The notes under the pieces: model-generated | Told to the model about the DNA's origin: nothing | Database searches by the model: none | What the model saw: the letters and a program-made list of their open reading frames with translations, nothing else | Part shown: positions 10,901 to 24,340 of the stretch, one piece after another | Position numbering within the stretch: the stretch's first letter is position 1 | Layout of the letters: every line of letters begins with the position of its first letter | Made by a program: the position numbers and the translations under genes | Assembly (NCBI GenBank): GCA_950097015.1 | Contig: CATNEN010000038.1 | Location: forward strand, 1 to 64,000 | Source of the DNA: Macrostomum hystrix | Lineage: Eukaryota > Animalia > Platyhelminthes | DNA length: 64,000 bases | Reading direction: 5' to 3'

Positions 10901-13900
10901 TCCGTACTTCCTTGCTTCCATACTTCCTTGCTTCCATACTTCCCTGCTTCCATAAATCCATGCTTCCATACTTCCTTGCTTCCATACTTCCTTGCTTCCG
11001 TACTTCCTTGCTTCCATACTTCCTTGCTTCCGTACTTCCCTGCTTCCATAAATCCATGCTTCAATACTTCCCTGCTTCCATACTTCCCTGCTTCCATACT
11101 TCCCTGCTTCCATACTTCCCTGCTTCCATACTTCCTTGCTTCCGTACTTCCCTGCTTCCATACTTCCCTGCTTCCATACTTCCTTGCTTCCGTACTTCCC
11201 TGCTTCCATAAATCCATGCTTCAATACTTCCCTGCTTCCATACTTCCTTGCTTCCCTGCTTCCCTGTTTACATAATTCCTTGTTTCCATACTTCCTTGCT
11301 TCCATACTTCCCTGCTTCCATACTTCCTTGCTTCCCTGCTTCCCTGTTTACATAATTCCTTGTTTCCATACTTCCTTGATTCCATACTTCCCTGCTTCCA
11401 TACTTCCTTGCTTCCCTGCTTCCCTGTATCCATACTTCCTTGTTTCCATACTTCCTTGATTCCATACTTCCCTGCTTCCATACTTCCTTGCTTCCCTGCT
11501 TCCCTGTATCCATACTTCCTTGTTTCCATACTTCCTTGCTTCCATACTTCCCTGCTTCCATACTTCCTTGCTTCCCTGCTTCCCTGTTTCCATACTTCCT
11601 TGTTTCCATACTTCCTTGCTTCCCTGCTTCCCTGCTTCCATACTTCCTTGCTTCCCTGCTACCCTGTTTCCATACTTCCTTGTTTCCATACTTCCTTGCT
11701 TCCATACTTCCCTGCTTCCATACTTCCTTGCTTCCGTACTTCCTTGCTTCCATACTTCCTTGCTTCCATACTTCCCTGCTTCCATAAATCCATGCTTCCA
11801 TACTTCCCTGCTTCCATACTTCCTTGCTTCCGTACTTCCTTGCTTCCATACTTCCCTGCTTCCGTACTTCCTTGCTTCCATACTTCCTTGCTTCCATACT
11901 TCCCTGCTTCCATAAATCCATGCTTCCATACTTCCTTGCTTCCATACTTCCTTGCTTCCGTACTTCCTTGCTTCCATACTTCCTTGCTTCCATACTTCCC
12001 TGCTTCCATAAATCCATGCTTCCATACTTCCCTGCTTCCATACTTCCTTGCTTCCGTACTTCCTTGCTTCCATACTTCCCTGCTTCCATACTTCCTTGCT
12101 TCCATACTTTCTTGCTTCCATACTTCCCTGCTTCCATACTTCCCTGCTTCCATACTTCCTTGCTTCCCTGCTTCCCTGTTTCTATAATTCCTTGTTTCCA
12201 TACTTCCTTGCTTCCCTGCTTCCATACTTCCTTGCTTCCCTGCTACCCTGTTTCCATACTTCCTTGTTTCCATACTTCCTTGCTTCCATACTTCCCTGCT
12301 TCCATACTTCCATGCTTCCCTGCTTCCCTGCTTCCCTACTTTTATGCTTTTATGTTTCCCTGCTTCTATCAAAACAACAGTCGTACCTCAGGCGGTGAAG
12401 TTGCGTCAATGCTGCCTCTCGCCATGGTAGAAAAATCTGCAACAGCATTTGAATTATTAGAATCATTAGAATTAATCTACTTAAAGAGATATTGTGCTTA
12501 GAGCATTGGACTTCAGACCCAGAGGTCGGAAGTTCGAATCTATTTGTGTTCGTGATGAGCAAGGCACATCACTCCTTAGTGCTTCAGTTCGCCCAGCTGT
12601 AAAATAAGTATCCAGTATCAGTAATTATAGGCTAGAAACTGGGCTTGGGCCACTGGCTGTAAACCTGATTGTCTGACTTCTGACTGGTGCATCATCCCGG
12701 CACGACATCATTATATACGGGGGATAAGGAGGCTGCTGTTGTCAAAAAGTTTTTATTGTTATCTGAAGCTATGCAGCAGCAGCCTCATTAGAAGGCGCAA
12801 ACTTAAAAAAAGTTTGCCCAAGGCAAATATTTTGGGAAGTTTGTGTAGGGATAAATAAGCTTGGAAATTGGTGACTTGCTGCCGGCTTCAATCAGCGGTC
12901 TCATTAGACAGGCGCCGCATCAGCTTCTCAGTGCAGTTCCCTTTCAAAGCAACAGAATGTGTCTTTCAGGAAACAGACTTGGTCACCTTCATAAGTACAG
13001 TTTGACAGCTGTACGCAAGATTTGAAAATAAAATACCCAATGACTGATGATTTGCCAGTTTATGAGGATATTTTCCTATGTTAGGGTTGGGGAAAGTGTG
13101 TTCTAAAATTCCCAACCCTAACTTGGTAAAATGCGAGACTAAAGAGGCCAACAAGCAGGGGGGAGGGGGGAAATTGGGAAATTTCGGTAATGGGGTGTTC
13201 ACAAGAAAAACACACAGACGGACCTGTTTCAGATAAGGTAGCTGAAGCTTCATCCTTAATTGCGGTTCGCATTGTCAGTGCCCAGTGCCGCTGTTTTAAG
13301 CAGCGGAGGTTGGGGCGGGTAATTCTCCCAGCTGTCAAAATATTCCCCGGGACCAGCCAGTAGATAAGGTTTGGGATGCCTTTTCTCTCGCTCGCTTGTC
13401 CGCATTCCCATCGGCTGGCTCCGGGATCGGCTCGTTATGGGCTGAAGGGTTTTTTCAGTCTTCAGTTGAAATTATTTTCCGATATGAAGTCCGGCTTTGC
13501 TGTTGTGGATGCTGCTTTATAAACACAGCCGGTAGGATAAATCCACGCCACCGTACACTCATGCGGATTCGAAATCTGCGAACAGAACTCCGAACCTGGC
13601 GCCTCAGCCGCGTGGGCTGCTAATGGGCAAAATGTGAGGGATTATGACCGCCTCGCTCGCTCCATTTGGCCAGCTCGATTTTTTGTTGACCCTCACGGCT
13701 AATAGATATAGAGGGGCCATGTGGGTTTTGGCGGCCCATTCAAGATAATGTAATAATAATATTCAATGCACTTTTTGTACTGAAGAATTTGGACTGGGAG
13801 ATGGGATGTGGGGCAATTTGAGCTGAGACATAGGATGGTGGGATGAGGAGTTTTATGGGATTTTTTCACCTCCGGATTTGCCGTTCCCAGCCACCAGATA

Positions 13901-16900
13901 GCCGCGGATTGTTTTGAAGTCGCGGATGCCGCCTCCAAGGTGGACATCGTCGACTTCGTTGAGGGTGTCGGCGCCCTCGACTGGTGCGCCCCGCCGAGAG
14001 CTGCCAGCGTCGGCTCTGCGGCAGGGACGCAGCAGAATCAGGACAACGAAGGCAACGATGATGAGCAGCAGGAAGAAGAAGACAATCAAGCCCAGCACAA
14101 TGGTCGTGCGAGTTCGCTGCTGGGCGAGGCTGTCTCCGCCGCGGTTCGGTCCGCCCTTGCCGCCCCGCCGCTCTCCGGCAGCTTCCGCGGGCGAATTTCC
14201 CGCGCCGCCCGACGTAGCCGACATTGCGTCGGCTGAGGCGACGAAGACGCGAACGACGGTGCGAGTGCGCAGAGGGCTCGGCTTGCCGCGGTCGGCTGCT
14301 TCGATCGTCAGCTCGTACGGCTCCGGGCGAGCGTCGCCGGGCATCAGCGCGCGAGCCACATAGAGAAGGCCGTCTTCCCGGTCCAATTCGAACAGGTCGC
14401 GGGTGGCCGAGCCGGCCGGACCGCGCACAATGGCGTATGTCACTCTGCTGTTGTCGCCCAGGTCCGCATCCTTAGCAGCGATACGCGTCACCTGGTTGCC
14501 AGCCCTGGCGTTGTCGGCGATGCTGTAGGCCTTGCCAGACGCTGGCGGCTCAGTGAACTCCGGCGCGCAATCGTTCACATCCAGCACGTGGACGGTGACG
14601 GTGGCGGTGCTGGTGAGTCGTTTGTCTCCGCTGCCGGGTCTCGGTGTGTCCCGCGCGGTTACAGGGAAAACGTAGACAGCCCTGGTCTCCCGGTCCAATG
14701 GGCGGATCGCTCTCACCTGGCCAGAGTGTCGGTCGACGCGAAAAGTTGAGGCGGTCTCCGGGTCCACTCCGGCGGTGTCCATGGCGTATTCGAGGGGTCC
14801 TGGCTCGTCATCGTCCTCGGCGCGTACCGTGCCGATGGTAGCTGAGCTGCCACCGCTGCCAGAGCCGCTGCTCTCTTCGACTCGAAACTCGTAGTCGGCG
14901 CCCATGCCGGCTCCCTTGTCTGCTGCGACCATGAAGCGAGGCGGACAGTCGTTGCGATCGAGCACCTGGATGCGGACGTCGGCGAATGCCCGGTGATGAT
15001 CGAGATTTGAGTCGGTTGCGGAGACACGAAGCTGCACCTGTTTATTGAACACGTGGCGCGAGTTTATTTGGAATCTGGATAGGAAAAGAAGATTGCTACT
15101 TAATAACTCACCTGAGCTGATCTGCCTGTGGTGAGAAGTTTCTCCCGATCCAGCGGTTGCACGGCGAACAATTCTCCGGTGGCCGAGTTGATCTGGAACG
15201 CGCCCGTCGGGTCCTGCTCGATGCCGTAGATAACCTTCGCGTTGACTCCCTCGTCCAAGTCGAGCGCTGCCACCGCGCCAACCAGAAATCTTCCGCCCTG
15301 GGTCGCGGGTTCGTTCTCCGGCAGTTGGAAGTCGTATGCGCGCTTTCTGGTAAAGGCCGGTGCATTATCGTTGACGTCCAGCAGGCGCAGCCGGACAACG
15401 GCCGAGCTGGTCAGGCGGGTCGGCCGGCCCTCGTCCGAGCAGACGACGTTGAACTGCAGCATGCCCTGGCCCTGCTCGCGGTCGAAGGCGCGCTGAGATC
15501 TAACCAGGAACTCCCGACGGTTGGCGGCACTCATGGAGGCTGCGCCAGACGACCTCACCGCCAACGGCGCGTCTGGTAGACGCATTGGGATGAGCGCGAA
15601 GCCGTCATGGTCGGTGTTGCAAGTCACGTGACCGCCAGGCCCGGAGTCCGGATCCGTGACCTCCGCCTTGGCGACGTCCTCGGAGTCGGCGTTCTCGACT
15701 AGAAGGCCGCGGCTAAGGGTGGGCGCCGTCGGGTCCGAGCTGAGGTAGACGATCTCAATGCGCGGCTTCTCATCGTTGACGTCGTCCACGGTGACCGTCA
15801 GCTTAGCCTCGGCAGACTTCGGAGGATTGCCGCGGTCCTGGGCGACGATGTAGACGACGATGCGAGACAGTGACTCCGCATCCAGCGGCGAGCGAAGCGT
15901 CACAATGCCTTCGCCTTCGGCTGAGCGGACGATGCTGAAGTGCGTTGCGGCGGAGGCCTGAGGCCCAGCGGAGCTCAGGCTGTAGTGCACCTCGCTGTTG
16001 ACACCCGCGTCTCGGTCTCTGGCTCGAACTCTGGCGACCTGTGGAAAAAATACAAAGCTGCGAACTTCTTCAGACACTCCAAGACTCCAGCTGATGTACG
16101 CCCGGACTTTCATCTGGCCGTGAGTGGCAGAGCGATCAAACGCGTCTAGCCTGTCGCTGGGGGGCTTGTCGTACAATTTACAATCTTGAGAGCCAAACTC
16201 ATAGGCACAGTGAAATGTACACTGCCCGACAATGAGAAAATGTGATTGTGTGCCTGCTTAGGGTATCTGTGTGCGTGTGTGCTCAGGAGTCATCGAATCG
16301 GGCAGAACTGCCTCCTCGCTGGCTGCAGGTCTAGTGCCACTAAATGATGTGCCATTGCCCGCAGCCCTCCTGCATATACTATTTTTTTATCTCCAGAAAT
16401 CGCTGCTCACAATTTGTCCGACATGCGCGTCCTCCCGCAGCCTGGCTGAGTACTCGCTCTGCTCAAACACCGGCGGCTCGTCGTTGACGTCCATCACATC
16501 GACGGTGACGCTGAGTGTCCCTGTCAGAGCCGGCCGGCCGCCGTCGATCGCCAGCAGCCGCAGCTTGTACTGCGCCAGCCGCTCCCTGTCCAGGTCGGCG
16601 GTGACCAGCAGCGCCAGCCTGTGCCGGTCCGTCTGGTCCAGCCGGAATGGCAGAACCACAGACTCTTGCGAATCAACTGCCGGCTCCAGTCGATACACGA
16701 TCGCCCCGTTGGCACCCTGATCGGGATCCCACGCCTGCAGAGCGACTCCGGCGCCAGAAATCGCCGCTGGCGGGCCGCCCGACGACATCGGGCCTTCGTG
16801 TACGCGCAGAGTTGTCGAAGAATGCCGGAACGCCGGCGCATTATCGTTGATGTCGGCTAGGCGAAGCCGCAGCGCCGCGATCGCCCGACCGCGGCTAGCC

Positions 16901-17283
16901 GAAGTCGTGGCGGCGTAGGAAAGCTGCAGCTGCACCTCGCAGGGGGCGTCGCTGGCCTCGGGGCGACAGCAGGCTCGGCCAGCGGCCAGGTCGCCGCGGC
17001 ACAGATCGTCTCGGTCGATGTCGCGAGTGGCGTACAGGTAGCCAGCGGTTGTGTTGATGGCCAGGCTTCTGACGACAGCGTGGCTGGGGTTCAGGATAGT
17101 CAGCGTGCCGGCTGAGGCGCTGTCAAGGCCGAGGATCCGGCGAAGATCGGCCAGCCAGGTGCCGGCCGGCGTGTTGTCAGGCAGGTCGATGGGCTCCGTG
17201 ACGGAGTCGCTCAGCGGGGCGGCGGCCGCTGCCGCCACCGCAGCTGCAAGAAGCAGCACCGTTGAAGATGGACTGCTGAGCAT
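7720..17283 (-). CDS. Delta-type protocadherin: signal peptide, 7 cadherin repeats, TM helix, Q-rich tail ending in -ASFV
   Basis: Exons 17283..16411, 16038..15112, 15037..13870 (phase-1 donor) and 8093..7720 (phase-1 acceptor, APMTVVCS...FSAFNPYADASFV*). DxNDNxPxF/LDRE/AxDxD motifs repeat; TM is TIVLGLIVFFFLLLIIVAFVVLILL. The link to the last exon is inferred from phase match. Confidence 0.9.
8131..8871. repeat. 27-bp minisatellite (ATGCTCACTGCTGTTATCTTGAGTACA)n
   Basis: About 27 near-perfect units in a protocadherin intron. Confidence 0.95.
8872..9072. mobile_element. Truncated right half of MITE family C
   Basis: Matches 22122-22284 (AAACATTTTGAAAATC.GTTGCACGATAC...TTTGGCGGTGAG..GTCTCC.CAGTTTCTA.ATTCTGAGCT). 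Confidence 0.7.
9385..9630 (+). mobile_element. tRNA-derived SINE family A, internally deleted copy
   Basis: CTCGATTCCGGCGGCGAGGCCACATT, GAGAAAGTCAGGGCAGATGTACAC, and the same 3' hairpin as 3574-3935. Confidence 0.75.
10240..12365. repeat. 16-bp pyrimidine-rich minisatellite (CTTCCATACTTCCYTG)n with higher-order variants
   Basis: About 2.1 kb of tandem units; source of many spurious ORFs. Confidence 0.95.
12497..12630 (+). mobile_element. Degenerate CORE-like tRNA-SINE fragment, related to family B
   Basis: TTAGAGCATTGGACTTCAGACCCAGAGGTCGGAAGTTCGAATC, then GAGCAAGGCAC...TGCTTCAGTTCGCCCAGCTGTAAAAATAAGTATCC. Confidence 0.55.
16108..16372 (+). mobile_element. tRNA-derived SINE family A, antisense within a protocadherin intron
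   Basis: A-box-like GTGGCAGAGCGATCAAACGC; body and 3' hairpin homologous to 3574-3935. Confidence 0.75.
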
Positions 17284-17649
17284 GGAATTCTGAAATGCGA
17301 GATTGGCAATGACCTGAGCACACTATCTCATATCGAGTATCATAAAGATTTTACTCAGTCGGAGTGCTTCGGTAACCCCGGCTTGCCTGGCTGGGTGAGG
17401 ACTCACTGGAGTCATTACTCTCAAGGGGAATTGATGGCCTAGTGAATAATCCGTGTCTGTGTAGCTATGGTGCTGTGTGAGTGAGTTGTGAGATGTGTAA
17501 GGTGAGCAGTAGCTGCTGCCAGTGAGTTTTGTCAGTTGAGGTAGATTGAAAGAAAATACATTTTTTAATCTAGTAGGGAGTACAATTTTTTAACAATGAA
17601 TATCACAAAGCACCTTATGAAAGCTTTGTGGCTAACTATATGATGTTAG

Positions 17650-18150
17650 TCATTTGCAACAGCGATTGGCATGATGAAACCCTTGAATAGAAAAATGTCT
17701 TTTATTTGTGTAGAATAAGATTTTCCCTAACCTAAAGCTTGAGCACACAGGCACGCAATGAGCCACTGGTGTGAGCATAGTCGCGGAAACCAAATATGCT
17801 TGATGCAGACTGCACACAGATAGCATTGGAACTAGGCAACAAACTGCTATTCCTAAAGTTTTCTTTAACCGGGCCATAGACCATTGGCTTGACTGTGAGC
17901 AGCTGTGAGCTGTTGAAGTCAAGTGCGACTCCATTCGGCAGATTTTAGAGTGGCCATGACTCATTCGTGCTCACTTAAACTGCTCAAACTGCTCACAGTT
18001 GAAGAAGATTTGAAGCGACTAAATGAGCTGCTTAAATTTGTTTAAACGGCCAAATGGCCGAGTAAGAAGCTATGTGAAAGTGTTGTGGAAAATTTCATTG
18101 CTAATTGAATTAGAACAATGCAGAGAAAATGGATTGGTACCTGTACATGC
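17650..18150 (+). pseudogene. Possible heavily decayed Ty3/Gypsy pol fragment
   Basis: Broken frames give EEDLKRLNELLKFV*TAKWPSKKLC..VVENF / ELEQCRENGLV, resembling the GWP linker between RNase H and integrase; many stops. Confidence 0.3.
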
Positions 18151-18429
18151 TGGATTCAAAGTCATTCTTTGATTAGAATAATATAGTCAGACTGATTATT
18201 AAATTGCAGTTTTTTAAACTTGTTTAATTCAGAATTGATTGATTGATGGATTGCATTATTTTGATTGGCTCTGAATCGAAAAAATATATAACTTAAAATA
18301 CTATAAATGTGAGTCATAGAATTTTTCAATATTAGCAATTTATTAATGAAATTAAAGTCTGTGATTTTCACGATTTAAGCAAAAGACAGAAGACGAATGA
18401 GAGATATTAAAGCAGACAAGGTAGATGAG

Positions 18430-19000
18430 ATAAGAGAGAAGGGAGAGGAGACGAGAGAGAAGGGAGAGGAGACGAGAGAGAAGGGAGAGGAGACGAGAGA
18501 GAAGGGAGAGGAGACGAGAGAGAAGGGAGAGGAGACGAGAGAGAAGGGAGAGGAGACGAGAGAGAAGGGACAGGAGATAATAGAGAAGGGAGAGGAGACG
18601 AGAGAGAAGGGAGAGGAGACGAGAGAGAAGGGAGAGGAGACGAGAGAGAAGGGAGAGGAGACGAGAGAGAAGGGAGAGGAGACGAGAGAGAAGGGAGAGG
18701 AGACGAGAGAGAAGGGAGAGGAGACGAGAGAGAAGGGACAGGAGATAATAGAGAAGGGAGAGGAGACGGGAGAGATGGGAGAGGAGACGAGAGAGAAGGG
18801 ACAGGAGATAATAGAGAAGGGAGAGGAGACGGGAGAGATGGGAGAGGAGATAATAGAGAAGGGAGAGGAGACGGGAGAGATGGGAGAGGAGACGAGAGAG
18901 AAGGGACAGGAGATAATAGAGAAGGGAGAGGAGACGGGAGAGATGGGAGAGGAGACGAGAGAGAAGGGAGAGGAGACGAGAGAGAAGGGAGAGGAGAGGA
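18430..19000. repeat. 21-bp purine-rich minisatellite (GAGAAGGGAGAGGAGACGAGA)n
   Basis: Tandem units visible. Confidence 0.95.
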
Positions 19001-19799
19001 GATATCAGGAAGACAAATTTAGTTGAGTTCAGGGAGTGTTGGTGACAGAAATGAGGATGCAGATCACAGAGGCCAGTCAGAGCACGGACAGCTCAACTTG
19101 AGTAGAGCAGGGCCGGCGCCTTTAGCAATGATATAAAAACTGCCAGCAAGCTCGGGTAGCATTGGGTCCAGTTGAAATTAGCCTCGTTAGCTCAGACTTC
19201 CGCAAGCAGCTCAGGCCGCAGGTGAGAATCGTGCGCCCGCAATCCGAGCTGAGCAGTGAAAAAATTTGAGCACAGCCGAGGAAAATGATCCGTAGTCCAA
19301 GAGGAGAAATTGCGCAGCTCTCCAACAGTCGTCCAGTTTTTTACGAGTTCGACAAATTCCTCGCGAGTGAGATAAACAAATTGCGGGATAAAATTATCTG
19401 TAGAGCGAATTCCGCCAGCATAGTTACTGCGACAACAAGCTATCATGCCATTTTATCGATTCCCATTAACGCCCCAGTCGGTTTTTTGATGATTGATCCC
19501 CCAAGGCAGCTGTAAAACACAGATTTTGCTCACACTTGCCCACAGCTGAAATGGATTGATGGCGATGAGCGCATTGCGAATTTGTCAAGTGCAACAGCTG
19601 GACTCAAAGCCCTTGCATCTGACCCAAGCTGGGTGAAGGACAGTTTGTTGGTCTGGGCGTCTGCTGCTCATTAGCTTATCGAATTGCAGCTTAAAGTAAA
19701 TATGTAAATGCATTAATATATGCGTTTTCCTCACTTCACTTTTCCTCGTTTTCTTATCTCGTCTCCACAGTTGCTTCCTTCATGTAGAGTTCATACCCC

Positions 19800-20460
19800 T
19801 TTTATTCTCTCTTCATTCCCTGTTCATTCCCTCTTCATCCCTAATCAATTCTCTCTTCATTCCCTATTCATTCCTAATAAATTCTCTCTTCATTCCCTAT
19901 TCATTCCTAATAAATTCTCTCTTCATTCCCTCTTCATTCCTAATAAATTCTCTCTTCATTCCTTCTTCATTCCTAATTAATTCCCTGTTCATTCCCTCTT
20001 CATTCCTAATAAATTCCCTCTTCATTCCCTATTCATTCCTAATAAATTCCCTCTTCATTCCCTCTTCATTCCCTCTTCATTCTCTCTTCATTCCCTCTTC
20101 ATTCCTTCTTCATTCCTAATTAATTCCCTGTTCATTCCCTATTCATTCCTAATAAATTCTCTCTTCATTCCCTCTTCATTCCTAATAAATTCTCTCTTCA
20201 TTCCCTCTTCATTCCTAATAAATTCTCTCTTCATTCCTAATTAATTCCCTGTTCATTCCCTCTTCATTCCTAATAAATTCCCTCTTCATTCCCTCTTCAT
20301 TCCCTATTCATTCCTAATAAATTCCCTCTTCATTCCCTCTTCATTCCTAATAAATTCTCTCTTCATTCCCTCTTCATTCCCTCTTCATTCCTAATAAATT
20401 CTCTCTTCATTCCTTCTTCATTCCTAATTAATTCCCTGTTCATTCCCTATTTATTCCCTC
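19800..20460. repeat. Compound 11/33-bp minisatellite (TTCATTCCCTC / TTCATTCCTAATAAATTCTCTC)
   Basis: Tandem units visible. Confidence 0.9.
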
Positions 20461-21259
20461 AGCCCAAGGAAAATGAGTTGTATGTAAGATCAAGACCCAG
20501 TGCTCCGATTCACCCCATTTTGCATAGTGCTCAAAATCCTCACGCTCAGCACAGTTGCAATCAATCAGATTATTGTGAGACTATAATTTGTTTTCATTTT
20601 TAATCGGGCAGGCAGGCAGGCAGGCAGGAATCCTGAAGTCTGGGATCTAAATCCCTTCACAATGCTCAAGGTATTGTGCTCCTGCGAAGCGGCACTTGCT
20701 CACAGCTGTGCCAGACAGTCTGCTTACATTCGGGTGTTAATCTGCTCCAAGACAAAGAATTCCCCAATTTTCTCACTTCTTTGTCACTAAAAAAGGAGCC
20801 ACCCCATAAGACCTCGTCTGAGCAGCTACTTAACACTGACAAGTTGTGCTCACAGTGTTTGGCTCACACAGGTTGCGGGCACATAAATCACAGCTAGCTG
20901 AGTATAGCCTAGTGGTGTCACTGGCGGTTTGATCCCCGTCTGTTTGAGCAGGCCGTGTTTGTCATGGTGTTGCTCGGAGCCCAGGTGTCAAAGAATGAAC
21001 TCACCTGTGCTTGCGACACGAATGATCAGAAAAATATCCTGTGCTTTAATTTTTCTTTCATATTGGCTTTGTTGAGAGAATGTTACTTGCTTGATCTGAT
21101 CAACTAAGCGGTAATAAATTTTTTATCCGCTGAAGAAATATAGATTAAAGGAATGGCACGCGTGTCATTTGTGTTTCTTTTTGTATCCTAGTCTTCTAAG
21201 GCGTCACGATTTTAGCTCTTTGGAACCGGGTAAAATGAAGTTTAACAGGTAAACTTCGT

Positions 21260-21685
21260 GTCTAACAGGTTAAATGTGTGTCTAACCGGTGAAATGTGTG
21301 TCGAACTGGTGAAATGTGTCTAACTGTTGAAATGTGTGTCTAACTGGTGAAATGTGTGTCTAACTGGTGAAATGTGTGTCTAACAGGTGAAATGTGTGTC
21401 TAACAGGTGAAATGTGTGTCTAACAGGTGAAATGTGTGTCAAACTGCTGAAATGTGTGTCTAACAGGTAAAATGTGTGTCTAACAGGTAAAATGTGTGTC
21501 TAACAGGTGAATTATGTGTCTAACTGGTAAATTTTGTGTCTTAAAATAGGAAATTTGTGTTTTACAGGTGAAATGTGTGTCTAACGGGTGAAATGTGTCT
21601 AACAGGTTAAATGTGTGTCTAAAAGGTGAAATATGTGAGTCTAACAGGTAAAATGTGTGTCTAACAGGTGAAATGTGTCTAACAA
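21260..21685. repeat. 20-bp minisatellite (TCTAACAGGTGAAATGTGTG)n
   Basis: Tandem units visible. Confidence 0.9.
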
Positions 21686-22009
21686 GTACAATAACCTGGT
21701 GAAAAGTCTGATATGTGAGCATTTTATGCAAGAAGTGAAAAGAACTGTTTCAGAGGCGACACACGTCTTCACCTGACAACAGAATATACATGCTACATTT
21801 TTTATGTCCTTAGCGCAGACAAAAAAGTTGCAAGTCCCATAAAGACTCGCTTTTTCGCTACAAAGTCTCGCGCGTGGTGACAGAACCAGGCCATCTGTTT
21901 ATGACTCATCGAACATCAAGTTTGAAGGGGAAAAGCCAGCTTTGAGTAGTAAACTCAAAGCTGCATGGCGTCATTAGCTGGAGTTACTATCTCGTGAAGT
22001 CGTGAAATG

Positions 22010-22284
22010 CAGCTCAGAATCTAGAAACTGGGGAAACAACTCACCGCCAGACCCCCATTCTCCGGACCAGCACAGCTCATTATATTGAACAGGTAGACGC
22101 TCATCTTGAACCAAAATGTGGAGAATTTATTCAGCTTTCTAATGAAACAAACATTTTGAAAATCGGTTGCACGATACGAAACTTATCAGTGTTTTTCTCC
22201 AAGTGGTGCAATTTTCAGGCCAGCTAATACTGGTCCGGAGAGGTTTGGCGGTGAGTTGTGTCTCCAGTTTCTAGATTCTGAGCT
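22010..22284. mobile_element. MITE family C with ~50-bp terminal inverted repeats
   Basis: Left CAGCTCAGAATCTAGAAACTGGGGAAACAACTCACCGCCA pairs with right TGGCGGTGAGTTGTGTCTCCAGTTTCTAGATTCTGAGCT; no clear TSD; second partial copy at 8872-9072. Confidence 0.75.
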
Positions 22285-23164
22285 CCACGGTCGTGACCAG
22301 TGCACTATTTGAATCCGTGCAAATTTTAATAATCGCAGCATAACAAAGAACACGAATTTGAACTCTGAGAAATGATGTTGCCCCCCAAAGAACTCCTTCT
22401 GGAAGCAATAGATCAGTCATCCACTGGGGCATTGTTCAGTGGGTCTGCGGCGGTTCCGAGGGCTGGTGGCCCGGACATTTCCCGACATCTCCCGCCCTAA
22501 AGAATCCCAGCAAGCAGATTTCCTGTGAGACTGCCGAAGCGGGGGGCACAAAGGTGCCGGCTGCTCAAAGAAAGATTTTGGGCAGGACTGGCGCTGCGCT
22601 GGAGTGGGGTGGTCGTACCAGTTTCCTCCTCTCGTCTCCCACCCCTGCCAGTCTGGGGAAGAGACGGGAGTCGCGGTATTTGGGGATCAGAAAACCCTGT
22701 GCTGTCGGAAGTTGAATTGAAGGGAGAAAAGTTGGGAGGGGGTTTGACTGGTTCTGGTGGGGTCCACGTGTTTTATTTCATTGAACCCGCAGCCATGAGG
22801 CTCAGGCTGGTACCAGACTAGGCTTACTTATTTCATTCTTTCTTTGAATAAATAAAACCTGTTCAGAGCCATATCGCGAGTTCGGACCCAGACCTCCAGA
22901 ACAGGGACCGGCAGTTGCTAAGGAATTATTTACTGGGCATTTCCGCTGCAGGTCTGACCGAAGGAATAGTCAGCTGAGAATGATGAACAATCTTTGGGAT
23001 TATTAATTATTGGGAAACACCTGGTTGAATCATCCTGTACACAAATGCAAATCGGGTTTAAAACTTCCAACCAGGTGTTAGCCGAAACCCCTGATGGCAA
23101 CTGAATCAAGGATTTCAATATTGGCCTGGAAGTGAGGTGCTTGCATGCGAATCGCGAACCGCTC

Positions 23165-23395
23165 CTATTGGGACAGATGTTCAGCCGACAGCACAGCATC
23201 TGAAAGCTGCGTACGGCTGTTCAGTCCATGGACTGGGTGGACGCCACACCCACCCCTTAATTAACCCCAACTGATGCTGGTACCTATTTAACAGCTGGGT
23301 CTTGACAAAAGACACAGATAGTTTCATTGAGCCTGGAATCGAACCCCCGACCTCCAAGTCGTGAGTCCGAGGCTCTACCTACGTGGCTACAACCT
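23165..23395 (-). mobile_element. tRNA-derived SINE family B copy
   Basis: Homologous to 6810-7098 (GCTGCGTACGGCTGTYCAGTCCATGGACTGGG, CTGATGCTGGTACC, GGAATCGAACC). Confidence 0.75.
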
Positions 23396-24214
23396 CTATT
23401 GTACAGCTCAAAATATCCTTTTTTTCCCTAAAAAATCCCCGAATTCACTGACTTAACAAGCTTATGATTTAAAAAAAACCTTATTGCTTCTTTTCTAAAA
23501 TACTTTTTAAGACATCGGCTAAAGCAAATGTATTCTTAGCTACCGCAGTTGCTAGTTTAGTTGCCATATAGCAACTATTTTAAAACTCCATCCAATAATG
23601 CTATGCTGACCGCGAACAACCAGCGACAAGAAAAACAACTTCTAAGCTCGCTTCCTGATCTAGAATTCAGACAGGCTCTGTTGAAGACCATCTGTGGCAA
23701 CAGACTCGCAGACATTCGGTACCCTAGCAACCAGAGGTGTGTGCAGGTGTGTCAGGTCTAGCATTTCCAGCTATATTGTGCACATAAATTTTAGCCATGG
23801 GGGAGAATTATGTTCGCATTGCGGTTTGTAGGGCCGGCTCAGTCATAAAACTGGTCAGTCATCCTGCGCAGACATACTTGAAGTCTGAACTGGAGAGCCT
23901 TCTTAAGAAACTAATTTGAAGAAATGACTGTCCTGGTTAAGTAGGATATTAAACTACAAGTGGACATTTATGATCAGCTGGGCGGACATGCCTGAGGGCA
24001 ATGGCGGTTGCAAATATTAAAAAAAAATAATAATTAAAGTGCGGTGATTGAACAAAAAAATATGTGGCCACTCTCCTATGGCTCCACCCGATATGTTTGG
24101 AAAAATGCGAAATTTGCACGCATTCATAGCACGAACAATGGCGCATGTTTTGGCGACAGTCAATCGACTCGGAATATGAGAGTTGTGCTTTTCATCAGGG
24201 TCTTCGACAAGAAT

Positions 24215-24340
24215 CTGTCTACTGTCTGCTGTTCAGAGCAGCCCTTCGGCTAAAATGGCATGGTCTGTCTACTGTTCAGAGCAGCCCTTGGGCTAAAATG
24301 GCATGGTCTGTCTACTGTTCAGAGCAGCCCTTTGGCTAAA
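24215..24340. repeat. 42-bp tandem repeat x3
   Basis: CTGTCTACTGTTCAGAGCAGCCCTTGGGCTAAAATGGCATGGT units. Confidence 0.8.

Noticed and set aside
7702-12501. Long ORFs with repeating peptides (MLTAVILST, PCFHTSLL, MEAGKYGS), and similar ones at 18397, 49983, 53864, 56012, 58075
   Set aside because: Stop-free translations of intronic minisatellites, usually open in several frames; no support as proteins.
16309-16330. GCCTCCTCGCTGGC in SINE A matches the HDV ribozyme P3-L3-P3 segment
   Set aside because: No upstream P1 partner, no GG for P1.1, and no downstream J4/2-P2; the following bases pair with downstream sequence as a simple hairpin.
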